The notes beneath the pieces were generated by a model. That model searched no databases, had not been told where the DNA came from, and worked only from the letters and a program-made list of their open reading frames with translations. A stretch of 64,000 bases of DNA, taken from Macrostomum hystrix (lineage: Eukaryota; Animalia; Platyhelminthes). Made by a program: the position numbers and the translations under genes. Of this stretch, positions 25,109 to 37,145 are shown in pieces (positions within the stretch are counted from its first letter, which is position 1; each line of letters starts with the position of its first letter). The DNA lies in NCBI GenBank assembly GCA_950097015.1, contig CATNEN010000038.1:14198001-14262000 (forward strand), written 5' to 3'.

Positions 25109-25362
25109 TATTGTACCATAGACGTTTTTGTCCAAGCTATACTTGTTTTTGCCCAAGCTATACTTTCAGAGTCAGAGACGGGGGTGTGGGGCACAGCCCC
25201 CACTTCGGGGTGCCATAGACATTTTAGCCTCAGTAAGCCATTCCTATTGGTCGATGCCTTTTTGCCATTAACCGCCCGCAAGAAAATTACCGAGCATTAA
25301 TTCATCTATGGCCATTAACGGGTAAGACTTTCTGCCCGCCGGCAAAAAGGTCATGGTACAAT
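25109..25362. mobile_element. Small MITE with ~21-bp imperfect TIRs
   Basis: TATTGTACCATAGACGTTTTTG ... CAAAAAGGTCATGGTACAATA. Confidence 0.5.
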
Positions 25363-25370
25363 ATATACTA

Positions 25371-26131
25371 TACCTTTTCCACTCCAAGTCTGTCACAAGT
25401 AACTTCAAATCTGTCCACTGAACAGATAACGAAACAAAGGTTTATTTTGAACAGTTCTCTTAAATTAGTACATCGCTCGCGCATCCATGGTGCCTGGCGC
25501 ATTCCAGCCCGCGTGCACATGCCTGACGTCCTTTAAGGTTATCAGAGTACCGTCCAGCTTCTTGCTCAGGCATTGGGTAGAAACAGCGGGTGCGTCGTGA
25601 AATTTAACAGTCAGCCTCTCTCGCATTTCACTCAATGTGATGGTCGGCTTCTCAGCAACATACCGGTGAAGTGCTTGAAGCATCTGTTCACTTACTTTCA
25701 CGTGTCTAGCCCCTCCTCTTGCTCTGTATTCTGTCCGGTTTTCCTCTAGATAGCGCTTTAGGATCAAGTTTGCGGTGGTCCTTTTGATTCCGAGGTCAAT
25801 GGCCAGTCTCCTCCAGTCCCGTCCAGTGTTGTAGCTGTTAACCAGACGCTGCCTGTCTATTAAGCATATTCTTGCATAGGGCATGGTAGGTAAGGCAAGA
25901 AAAAATTGTTGTGAACTCGCGTTGCTGTCAACATATATATCTCTGACAGATTTGAACTTACTTGTGACAGCATTTATATGTAAGATTGCCATAGACGAAT
26001 AAGTTTCACTGTTAAAATCTGGGTCTGTCTATAAAGAAGTTTTCTAGTCCTTACTGCTTTGGTTCCAACTCCCTATCTGTTCAGTGGACAGATTTGAAGT
26101 TACTTTTGACAGACTTGGAGTGGAAAAGGTA
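25371..26131 (-). mobile_element. Internally deleted IS630/Tc1-like transposon
   Basis: ~58-bp TIRs TACCTTTTCCACTCCAAGTCTGTCA...CACTGAACAGATA. The truncated ORF (ATG 25884 to 25465) keeps only the HTH part, homologous to the 23426 transposase (ARGGAR..K, P..TL..M, LD..L.TLK). Confidence 0.85.
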
Positions 26132-27376
26132 TTATTATTAAATATTAGGAAGCAATGTTGGATGCCATAGTCTTTTTGCAGAGTTGATGCAACAAACTAT
26201 GCTATCGCATTGCCGTAAATACTTTCACGTACTCGCTGGTCACTCTGAACGCTAGTGTTGAATGTGACATTTTATATGATATTCTTCTCTGGATGACTTT
26301 TTGTGTTTATTACATTTATATACTGTGAAGCCAGTGGTACTTTATGCTAGACAGTGAATTGTCCAGTTTTAATTTTACTACTACTCAATGTCTCGCAGTC
26401 GAGTATTTCAGCGGTTCTTGTCGAAGACCCTAGTGACAAGGACAACTAACATTGTCCTGCATAACCTCCATGACGAATTCATATATGTTAAGCAATTCAA
26501 TAATGAATGATAAAATAAGTACAATATAATCAACACGAATAGCCGAAATGGCAACATAATGAACTTTTGTGAGCAGTTTTTGCCTTCAAAGACCCTGAGA
26601 ATCGTTGAATCTCTCGATATGCCGATGTTTTGTGATTCTGAAAGTTGTTTCATCGAAAAAGCGAAAAAATTGCCCGTGTTTTGTATTTTCGTGACGATTG
26701 GTAGAATATTTTGGGAGACACAGAACACAGATGATTGTGGAACAGCCTACTGTTAATTACTTGATCTCTGTCAATGCGGCCAGTCAATCGGTTAGAATTC
26801 TTAGAATTCTAGATAATATGTCCAATTATCTATCCACACAGGGGGCTTCTAATAAGCACTGTTGTTTAGTGCTTATCCTCTTCTTATCCTCCGTAGAAGT
26901 TAGGCGAAAGTTCTGAGCTCATGCAGATGCATGATTGGGTAGCCGCATATTTTTCTTGACTTGATTTGAAATCCAATTTATATTTCCTAACTAAATTACT
27001 CTAGCAGTAACTTAGTAACAAATTACTCTACTTTAACCCGGGCTGTTAATTCTCTTCCCTGCTCAAACAGCAGGATAACTTGTTAAGCACCATACTTCAG
27101 CGGAAAGATTTAACTATAGGTAATTGCTGTGCCTTGCAGTATTAGTCTTTCATCTCAACTAAACCATATCGGAGCAATTATCCTTGTAGAAACAGCAAAG
27201 AAAGAGAAACTCATAATTTCCATCTATCTTGCGATGGAGAAGCACAATGAGAGATTGTCAGCGTCAATGGGCTATTGCATTTGTCTTCCAGTCCCCAAGC
27301 TATTCTTTAATTTTCCATACTTCTAACAATGCGAGCTATTTGCAAACACCCGAAACTCAACAGTGATGTTCTATAC

Positions 27377-28227
27377 CAGGGGTCGGCAAACTCCGGCCCG
27401 CGGGCCAGATGCGGCCCTTGAAGCTCCTAAATCCGGCCCGTTGCCCTTTCTGACATCTACATTGTCCTGTTTCATCTCTCCCGTGTCTAATCTCTCCTGT
27501 GTCTCATCGCTCTCGTGTCTAATCTCTCCTGTGTCTCATCGCTCTCGTGTCTAATCTCTCCTGTGTCTCATCGCTCTCGTGTCTAATCTCTCCTGTGTCT
27601 CATCGCTCTCGTGTCTAATCTCTCCCATGTCTCATCGCTCTCGTGTCTTATCTCTCCCGTGTCTAATCTCTCCTGTGTCTAATCTCTCCCCTGTCTTTTC
27701 TCTCCCGTGTCCAATCTCTCCCCTGTCTTATCTCTCCCGTGTCTAATCTCTCCCGTGTCTAATCTCTCCCGTGTCTCATCTCTCCCGTGTCTAATCTCTC
27801 CCCTGTCTTATCTCTCCCGTGTCCAATCTCTCCCCTGTCTTATCTCTCCCGTGTCCAATCTCTCCCCTGTCTTATCTCTCCCGTGTCTAATCTCTCCCGT
27901 GTCTAATCTCTCCCGTGTCTCATCTCTCCCGTGTCTAATCTCTCCCCTGTCTTATCTCTCCCGTGTCTCATCTCTCCCGTGTCTAATCTCTCCCGTGTCT
28001 AATCTCTCCCGTGTCTCATCTCTCCCGTGTCTAATCTCTCCCCTGTCTTATCTCTCCCGTGTCTCATCTCTCCCGTGTCTTATCTCTCCCGTGTCTAATC
28101 TCTCCCGTGTCTCATCTCTCCCGTGTCTCATCTCTCCCCTATCTCATATTTATACAGTCAATGCGGCCCGCTGTCGTCTTTTAGGTTCTCTCTTTGGCCC
28201 GCCAGCAAATAAGTTTGCCTACCCCTG
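27377..28227 (+). mobile_element. hAT-type non-autonomous element carrying an internal 16-bp minisatellite
   Basis: Termini CAGGGGTCGGCAAACT / AGTTTGCCTACCCCTG; perfect 8-bp TSD TTCTATAC; internal (CATCTCTCCCGTGTCT)n. Confidence 0.92.
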
Positions 28228-29384
28228 TTCTATACGAAAAACTTGGGCTCATTCATTCCTTTCTTGTCTGCCGCCTTTTGCTTTGTTTTGTTGTCGTAAA
28301 TGCAATGCGTTATAATCGGTGGAAATCTATTCTGTTCTCTGAAACAATGACAATTCATTCTATACGCTCAAAAAATGAGATAAGAATCTCAGGCTGTGAA
28401 TAGGTTAAAGTGAAGCAATACATTTTGTAATGCCGACCAGCGATAGCTTTTCCAGCAAGGTGCCCATGAAAGAATGCCAGTTATGCCATGCGGAAAGAAA
28501 TTGTAACTAACAAAAATGCAGTTTAAGTACCGACCAAAGCTGAGCCGAACTATAACGTTATATTTATTGTTGTACCTGTGGTACCGTGGCACACACAATT
28601 GGTAAAAATTACCAAGACAAGAACGCTAGACTAAGAGAGGACCGGCCTCAACACTGTGCTTCTTTGCAGTGGAACAATCTGAGCCTGACTACCGGTCTAA
28701 GTTTCTCTCACTGGGGGATAGGAGCTTCTTCTCAAAATCGCGTGTCGCGTATCTTAGCCACAAAGACTAGACACAAAGAGGGACCGAAATAGATTGCTAA
28801 CTTGAAACAAGTCGCAAACGCAAACGCAAACGCATGAAGAAAAACAGTCCTAGGTGTGCGACTACGGTACACGAAGTGAACTACCATGATGCATACATCA
28901 CCTAGTGTATTCGTCGGACTGTGCTCTACTTATAGTAGCAGCATTTGAGCGATATTCTGCCAGTCTTCTTCCGAACCGAAGCGATTGCACCATGGCGTGC
29001 AATATGACTAAGTGCGCAGACAGAGCTGGAACAAGAGAGAGAAAGAGGAGGGGGTGGCGAGCGGAGGTGAGTGTGCACGGGAAACCGCAGACCTACCTAC
29101 TCCCAAGCCCTCCCACAGAACTAAGGCAGCACTGACTCCACAGATTGCCTGGAGGCTGCTCAGCAGACTACAGCACATCATTATATATATACGAGCGTAT
29201 ATTTATATTTATGTTTATCATCTTTACATGGCAGCGAATAAGACAAGAAACCGATGCAACAAATAAAAAGGTTAAACAAGAATTCGGAAAAGCTTTAACT
29301 GATATTTAAATTGCGCGATATGATTAGTGAAAATATTCGGTGAGATAGGATTCATTCATCGGTTCTCAGGTAGGCCAAATAATT

Positions 29385-29650
29385 GGGGTGGTTAAGCGGT
29401 CTAACGCGTTTGCCTCTCGCAAAAAGGTCACTGGGCTCGATTTCGCGGCGATCGGTCACATTCATTTTGGTCCCAACTGCGAAGAGAAGGCTTGGGGGCT
29501 TGTTGCACAATTTACGCCCTTGAAAAACAGGGCAGATGTAAACACCTGTGTGAGCGTATGCCTGCGTAATCTGTCTGCTGTGTGTTCGAAAGTCAGCAAA
29601 ATGGGCAGAATTTCCTCCTCGCTGGCTGCGGTTCTTGTGTCACCAAATGA
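29385..29650 (+). mobile_element. tRNA-derived SINE family 2
   Basis: Head shared with 14193 and body shared with 15380-15550 and 36880-37145. Confidence 0.65.
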
Positions 29651-29922
29651 CCCAGTCCTCCTGCAATTGTTAATGCTATTTTTATTAGACCAAAGAATTT
29701 GCTTTCAAAATGGCACGAGTATAGTGTCGCTTCTACTATACAGTGTCACTACTAACTGTACTTTAATGCTTACCCAACGGATAACTGATTGGCTTTTCAT
29801 TCTTAATGAACTTCTTCTGCTTGAAAATTTCTGGAAATTCAAAACGGGAAAAAATAGGCGTTGATTTATTGACATGTCATGCTACTTCTGAAACAGCATA
29901 GCAGGCTCTGTTTTGTTTAGAG

Positions 29923-30211
29923 CAGGGGTCGGCAAACTCCGGCCCGCGGGCCAGATGCGGCCCTCGAAGCTCCCAAATCCGGCCCGTTGCCCCTTCTGAT
30001 ATCTGCAGTGTCCTGTTTCATCTATCTCGTGTCTAATCTCTCCCGTGTCTAATCTCTCCCGTGTCTAATCTCTCCCGTGTCTTGTCTCTCCCGTGTCTCA
30101 TCTCTCTCGTGTCCCATCTCTCTCGTGTCCCATCTTTCCTGTGTCTCATCTCTCCCGTTTCTAATCTCTCCCGTGTCTCATCAAATAAGCAAATAAGTTT
30201 GCCTACCCCTG
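29923..30211 (+). mobile_element. hAT-type MITE, same family as 27377
   Basis: Same termini; 8-bp TSD GTTTAGAG; shorter satellite. Confidence 0.92.
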
Positions 30212-30261
30212 GTTTAGAGCCTCCCTCAAGTTTAGAGCCTCCCCCCTTTAGTTGCTAAAGC

Positions 30262-31348
30262 TAGGGGCCCAATCCCGGGATCCCGAGATACGACTAGGGT
30301 ATCCCGAGATCCCGATCCCGGCTTTTTGTTAGTGTTCGATATCCCGGGATCCCGGTAAACACGGGATTGGAATTCACATGGCGATGGCCTGGATGGACAC
30401 TGGGCCCACTGGCCCGGGCCCCGCCGAAGGCCCGCAGCTAAGGAAAGGAAAGGGGGCAGAAAAAGGGGGTGGGGTGGGGACTGGGTTCTGCTGAGCCTGT
30501 GTGTGTGTGTGTGTGAGGTGGTCTGTGTTGGGGGCAGAGGCACCAGCGCAGCGTAAGTAGTTCTAATCCGAGGGGAGAGGAGGGTGTAGTTTAGTATGTA
30601 TGTACAACTGTACATGGATAGTAAACACTGAACACTGAACACTGAACACTGAACACTGAACACTGAACACTGAACACTGAACACTGAACACTGAACACTG
30701 AACACTGAACACTGAACACTGAACACTGAACACTGAACACTGAACACTGAACACTGAACACTGAACACTGAACACTGAACACTGAACACTGAACACTGAA
30801 CACTGAACACTGAACACTGAACACTGAACACTGAACACTGAACACTGAACACTGAACACTGAACATCGGACAAGGATTAGAAAGCCAAGACTCGTGAGTC
30901 ACGACCTTGGGGTGGGTTATCCCAATATATAAAATTTAACTTGTATAGAAATGATAAACAACTGGCTTGCGTCGCTGACTGCTATAGTGTCAATGCTATG
31001 TACTTGTAGTATAAGCGATAATACGGACAATTTGCAATTCATTCATGGCTTTTTGTGCTGTTGCAACAACCCCAATTCGTGTATGCTCACAATTTTTTAA
31101 ATTGAGCTGTCACCTGTCACTGTCACTTGCCAGTTCTTCAAATCTTCAAATCTTTTATCAATGCAGTATAAGCTAGAAAGTAGAAACTCAAATAAGGCTC
31201 AAATTGGTTGAGAAATTTGTTTTGTGGACAATGGAAAGCTTCCCGTAAATTTGTTTGTTCAATCCCGGGATTGGCCTGGCATCCCGGGATTGGGTCTTTT
31301 TTGTCCGGGATCCCGGGATTGTAAAATGTCCGGGATTTGGGACCCCTA
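30262..31348. mobile_element. Second hAT-type non-autonomous element (TAGGG termini)
   Basis: TAGGGGCCCAATCCCG ... CGGGATTTGGGACCCCTA; 8-bp TSD GCTAAAGC; subterminal ATCCCGGGAT repeats. Confidence 0.88.
30624..30865. repeat. (AACACTG)n 7-bp microsatellite inside the hAT element
   Basis: Perfect 7-nt repeat; source of the SVQCSVF ORFs. Confidence 0.96.
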
Positions 31349-32088
31349 GCTAAAGCCCTCCCTCAAACGACGCTTCTTTGGTTTCTCTGGGGTTGCGTAT
31401 CTACGAGTATTTTGTCGTTGTTGTTGTCGCTTTGAGGGGGGGGACGGTAGTGTATAGTCGCGCGTGTTTTGAACATGACAAAGTGCACGAGTAATTCGCC
31501 GTCTGGGGGCTTGCTTCGCATATTGTGATGCTTGTCGTGGCTGCTATAGAAATCTCGCACAATGGTCATGGCCAAATTTTAGTGCGCTTTTCATATCTAG
31601 TTAGACCGAAAGATCCGGCTTTCGTAGCTTTTCATTCAGTCTCCAATGCCCAACGCTACAAGAAGCCACTGTATTCTGTACCGATAAGCAGAAGCAGCGA
31701 TTCATAAAAAGAAAGAATTAGGTTCCATTGTAGATACACAGAGTTCTAAGTCGAAACAAAAAAATACCTATATTGATAGGCTGCAGAGGGCAGAAACGAG
31801 CTAAAACGTCGAGGCGCGTAGCGTGGCGTCGAAGCGTTGAAGCGTAGCTTTGAATTTTGCGTTAAAGAGCAACCCCATCACACAAGACCAGCGCGCACGG
31901 ACACAGCTTTCCAGAGGTAAAAGCTATTATGTAGTTTTACGTGGAGTTACCTTCCATTAGAGATTATAAAAAAATGAACCACTACAACAGCTGACAACTT
32001 AGCGGTCAGATTTCTGCACATCACTGGCACCAGCAACCAAGAAGAAACAGAACAACTCAAGCCACACTGAAATTCACGTCTGCTACTT

Positions 32089-33199
32089 ATGGCGTCAAGA
32101 TTCTACAAGACGGCTGCAGTGTCCGCCGTCGTTATACTGCTGCTGCTGATCTTCAGGCGCCAGCAGATGAAAATAAAAGACCTGGAGAGAAGCCTCGATA
32201 CCATACTTGGCGATGACGGCAGCGAGATTCCCGAACACGCCAAGTCCTGTCCGGGCTACTGGGAGCTCCGTGATGTCAACTTTCTGCACCCGATACTCGC
32301 TCAGCGGCTGTGCCAACGCCATGCGGCCTACACCATGGTGAACAACAAGTTTCCTCCGTGCGAGATCAGCGCGAATCTGCCACCTCAACTCACGAGGAAG
32401 ATCAGCAAGTCAGCCGTGAGAACGTTTATAAACAGCATCATTACTCACCGAGAGGTCGCGATCCACACCTACCCGGCAGTAGATATTTTATCCAATATCG
32501 TAATATCAGCCCACAATTGGGAGACAGGGCAGGTGTTTGTAACTCTATCCATCGCCAAGAAGTTCCCTGCAAAGTCCGTCACCTTCATGGACATCGGCTG
32601 CAACATCGGCGTCTACACGCTGCAGGCCAGGGAGGCCGGCATCCCTACGGTGGCAGTGGATGAGAAACATCAGGAACCTGATCCGAATTCGCATGTCCGC
32701 CAACGACATGGGCTGGGAATCCGATGGCAATCTCAAGCTGATGTGGATGTACTTCCACGATTCCGTGTCGCTGCAGTACCTCAACTTCGGTACCAGCATG
32801 TGCAACGTTGGTGGCGGTGGATCCACCAAGGACGTCATAACCGACACGATCCCCGTGATGACTGGCAAGGCTGACGACCTCCTGAGCAGCGTCACCACTG
32901 ATCTGGTGGTCATGAAGATCGACATCGAGACCAGCGAGTACACCTTCTTCTCGACGGGACAGGCATTGTTTAAAAAGAAGAAAGTCATTGCCGTGCAGAT
33001 GGAGTTCTACCGGCCTGATCCCACGCAGTTCGCCTCTGTTTCAAAGAACTACGATAAGATCGTCTCGTTCTTTGTTGAACTCGGCTACACTCTATTCGCA
33101 ATGGAAAATCTGTACCAGGCCCTGGACCTGAAGGCCGTGCGTGTGTGGGATGGAATCTGGATTCGAAACGACTTCCTGAGTGTTGTGCGGGGCCGATAG
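32089..33199 (+). pseudogene. FkbM-like membrane-anchored methyltransferase MT2 with one +1 frameshift (pseudogene or assembly error)
   Basis: ORFs 32089..32874 and 32660..33199 join to a full paralog. GATGAGAAACATC at ~32659-32671 compares with GATGCGAACATC in MT3 and MT4. Confidence 0.8.
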
Positions 33200-34246
33200 G
33201 ACCAAAGGGTCGAGTTGCCAACTAATTCTATTGCCTCTGTGTTCATTTTTCTAAGATGCTGTCATCTCAATTACATTATTTTCTGATTGCACCTCTGTGC
33301 GCACTTTCATGTTTAATCATAAATGTCAGATATGTCAATATTGCTTGTGACTTCTCGACTAAAAAGTTGTTAAGTCACCTTTCAAATGTACGAAAAATCT
33401 ACTTCTGATGTAACCCAATTTCTTGAATCACGCTCAGATTCAGCCAATCAGCCAGTCAGCCATCAGTGGAAGTAATCGGCCTAAGGAGCTTGCCTCCGAA
33501 CCCTTTCAATGGCCATCACCATCACTAGCGGCCAGACGCAAGACCAGAGTCAAAAGGCAAAGCGCTGAGGTTCCCCTCAACTTAGTAGTAGGGCGCCACA
33601 TAGTTAAGATGATAATAGTTTTCCCTCGCTGGCGACAATGTCTAAGCACTGACGCGGACACTCATAGAAGCTTTAAACTGAGAATTTGAGGCCATCTGAA
33701 TGTCGGCCATGTCTGCATGAACCTGTTCCTCCAAGCGAGCTGTTCACACTGACATCAAACTAGGCCGTATGATTGTGTTAATTCTTTTCATAAACATAAA
33801 AACTAATCACTTATCAAGGCAGTGTAAACGACTTCGGCATCTCAAAGACGGCCGCGATCAACAAAGAACGAGATGATCTTATCGTAGTTCTTCGAAACAG
33901 AGGCGAACTGCGTGGGATCAGGCCGGTAGTTGAGTGCGAAAAGCTGTACGCAGTCTTTGGAAGCGTGACGAAATAGCTGTCACTATGCCACACTGGCTGT
34001 ACACCAATTGAGCTAGGTGTTATCTCCATCTCTACAAGTAAATATAATGTCCTGCCCACAGGTCTCGAAGTAAAACTGAAGTATGATACTTACACACTTA
34101 CATGGTCATGGAAAACAGTAGCAAGCCTGCACAAACATTCACAAAGAGAGCATATTAGTATAGATTATAGCTTTTGGCAAAAATGTGTATCATTTAAAAT
34201 ATTGCTCTCGCGCTACAAGCAGAAACTTTCAACCTTTCTTTTGCAG

Positions 34247-34792
34247 GGCGCTCCCGAATCCTCGGTGGAGCTCCCAAATCCTCGGTGGAGCTCCCAAATC
34301 CTCGGTGGAGCTCCCAAATCCTCGGTGGGTGGCGCTCCCGAATCCTCGGTGGCGCTCCCAAATCCTCTGTGGCGCTCCCAAATCCTCGGTGGAGCTCCCA
34401 AATCCTCGGTGGAGCTCCCAAATCCTCGGTGGGTGGCGCTCCCGAATCCTCGGTGGCGCTCCCGAATCCTCGGTGGCGCTCCCGAATCCTCAGTGGCGCT
34501 CCCGAATCCTCGGTGGCGCTCCGAATCCTTGGTGGCGCTCCGAATCCTCGGTGGGTGGCGCTCCCGAATCCTCGGTGGCGCTCCCAAATCCTCGGTGGCG
34601 CTCCCAAATCCTCGGTGGAGCTCCCAAATCCTCGGTGGAGCTCCCAAATCCTCGGTGGGTGGCGCTCCCGAATCCTCGGTGGCGCTCCCGAATCCTCGGT
34701 GGCGCTCCCGAATCCTCGGTGGCGCTCCCAAATTCTCGGTGGCGCTCCGAATCCTTGGTGGCGCTCCGAATCCTCGTGGAGCTCCCAAATCC
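34247..34792. repeat. 20-bp minisatellite (GCTCCCAAATCCTCGGTGGA/C)
   Basis: Tandem 19-24 nt variants; the overlapping ORFs on both strands are repeat artefacts. Confidence 0.93.
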
Positions 34793-35350
34793 TATTTGGC
34801 TCTCCTAAATCCACGGTGATTACTCCAAAATTTTTGTAGTCCAAGCATTTTATAGCGCTCTATGTAATGTTTACTTAAAATCGGTGATGAGCGAAAAATG
34901 TCTAACAAAAAGCAGACACATTTTTTATCGGGACCCATCTTAAAGACACACGAGATGACAACGAGATTCTAGATTCGAGCGCGAAGGCTGCTAGTTAGAC
35001 GACTGTAGCGCTTGCTAACTATTGTGCTAGCTGTAATTACGAAAAAACTGGAAAAAACTTGTACAATGCTTTGATACTTTTTCATGGAACTCAAAACTGA
35101 CTCACACCTCATCTCTTTGCCACTCTTTTAGATTCTCTCTACAACAGCCAAACAGCAAGGTTTCACAATGAGCTCGACATTCTTACAACTCATAGCAGAA
35201 AGCGACCAATTAGACGGAGGCTCTGGTTTGGATTAAAGCTTGTGCATTGTCTTCCGTTGTCAAGTAATCAATTCAAAACAACTAAATGGCAAAGAAGTTT
35301 TTAGGCTCATTTTTATTTAGTAACCCTGGCTGAATCCTTGGAAGTCCACA

Positions 35351-36544
35351 ATGCAACTCAAGGTGTTAAAGAAAAGAGTCTACACATTAATCGCATTGAT
35401 TGCATGCATTTCATTCTGCCTTTTCTACGAAAAAATTTCTACGAAAGAAGTGCACTGGTCGCACGAAGTAGACGTTCTACAAGATAGAAAGCAAAGCTTT
35501 CGTGCAGAAACGGAAAACGATTTATTGAACAATAAAATAGTAAGCTCCGATGAATTCAAAAGAGAGCGAGGATCCGACAAGTCCTGTCCGGGGTACTGGG
35601 AGCTCCGGGACATCAACTTTCGCGACCGTAACCTGGCTCACCAGCTGTGCCAAAGTCAGGCGGCCTACACCATGCTGGACAAAAAGTTTCCTCCGTGCGA
35701 GATCAGCGCGAATCTGCCACCGCAACTTCTAAGTGCGCTTAGAAACACGGCCATGCGGACCTACATTGAAAACACGATTACTAACAGAACTGTCACCATC
35801 TACACATACCCCAGAGATGATGTCGTGTCCGGATTCGTGTTATCGACCCACAGTTGGGAGCCAGAACAGGTGTTTGTAACTCTATCCATCGCAAAGAAGT
35901 TCCCTGCAAAGTCCGTCACCTTCATGGACATCGGCTGCAACATCGGCGTCTACACGCTGCAGGCCAGGGAGGCCGGCATCCCTACGGTGGCAGTGGATGC
36001 GAACATCAGGAACCTGATCCGAATTCGCATGTCCGCCAACGACATGGGCTGGGAATCCGATGGCAGTCTCAAGCTGATGTGGATGTACTTCCACGATTCC
36101 GTGTCGCTGCAGTACCTCAACTTCGGTACCAGCATGTGCAACGTTGGTGGCGGTGGATCCACCAAGGACGTCATAACCGACACGATCCCCGTGATGACTG
36201 GCAGGGCTGACGACCTCCTGAGCAGCGTCACCACGGATCTGGTGGTCATGAAGATCGACATCGAGACCAGCGAGTACACCTTCTTCTCGACGGGACAGGA
36301 ATTGTTCAATAAGAAGAAAGTCATTGCCGTGCAGATGGAGTTCTGGAGGACGAATGCCAGTGTGCCTTCCAACACTTCGCCGAACTTTAGAAATATTTCG
36401 GAATTCTTTTCCCAACGGGGTTACACTCTTTTTTCAATGCGATCCCCGTTTGAGGCAGTGAATTTGAATACTTTTGTTGACTGGGATGGTATTTGGGTTC
36501 GAAACGATTTTTCAGCTATGGTGTGGAATAAGCCTTTGTACTAA
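35351..36544 (+). CDS. FkbM/Methyltransf_21-like SAM-dependent methyltransferase with type II anchor (MT3), intronless, 397 aa
   Basis: MQLKVLKKR plus TM; SWE, FMDIGCNIGVYTL, AVDAN, VVMKIDIETSE, VQMEF, WDGIWVRNDF. Confidence 0.88.
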   Translation: MQLKVLKKRVYTLIALIACISFCLFYEKISTKEVHWSHEVDVLQDRKQSFRAETENDLLNNKIVSSDEFKRERGSDKSCPGYWELRDINFRDRNLAHQLCQSQAAYTMLDKKFPPCEISANLPPQLLSALRNTAMRTYIENTITNRTVTIYTYPRDDVVSGFVLSTHSWEPEQVFVTLSIAKKFPAKSVTFMDIGCNIGVYTLQAREAGIPTVAVDANIRNLIRIRMSANDMGWESDGSLKLMWMYFHDSVSLQYLNFGTSMCNVGGGGSTKDVITDTIPVMTGRADDLLSSVTTDLVVMKIDIETSEYTFFSTGQELFNKKKVIAVQMEFWRTNASVPSNTSPNFRNISEFFSQRGYTLFSMRSPFEAVNLNTFVDWDGIWVRNDFSAMVWNKPLY

Positions 36545-36879
36545 TTAAGTTTTCATAGTGCCGTAGAAAAATAACTTTAAAAATGATCGACTTCGCAGCA
36601 CAAATACAGTAAATATGTTGGCGAGCTATATGAATTGCAGTGGTGATTATTTGATTATTACTTTGCCCACTTTGTAATATATTTAGGCTTACTTTTTTAT
36701 TCGCAGATAATATACAAAATTGCGATAGCTTCTGATACCGATTGATGTGGTTGGTAACTGAACTACTCGCGACGCGATAGTAATAATTAAAATGCTAGGC
36801 ACTAGATCAGATAACCGAATTTAACTAGAATATCGGGGTCACCTGTAAGTCCCCATTGTTGGTAGATGCATCTGGGCAA

Positions 36880-37145
36880 TGACGTCATTTGGTGACACTA
36901 GACCCGCAGTCAGCGAGGAGGTAATTTCGCCCAACCCACTGACTCCTGAGTACACGCACACAGATACGGTACGCAGTCACACGCTCACACAGGTGTGTTT
37001 CATCGTCGGGAAATGTACAGTCTCATTGTGTCTTGGAGCTTGGCTTTTACTTGGAGGTAAATGGCACGACAAGCCCATAAACCCTCACTCCGCGACCGTG
37101 CCCCAAATAAATATGGCCTCGACGCTGAATCGAGCTCAGGGACCA
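36880..37145 (-). mobile_element. SINE family 2 copy
   Basis: Reverse complement matches 29430-29650. Confidence 0.6.

Noticed and set aside
33814-33980. Short coding-like stretch (DDLIVVLRNRGELRGIRPVVECEKLY), possibly a transposon relic
   Set aside because: Too short, with no motif I can identify confidently.
34185-34844. Overlapping ~200-aa ORFs on both strands
   Set aside because: Translations of a 20-bp minisatellite.
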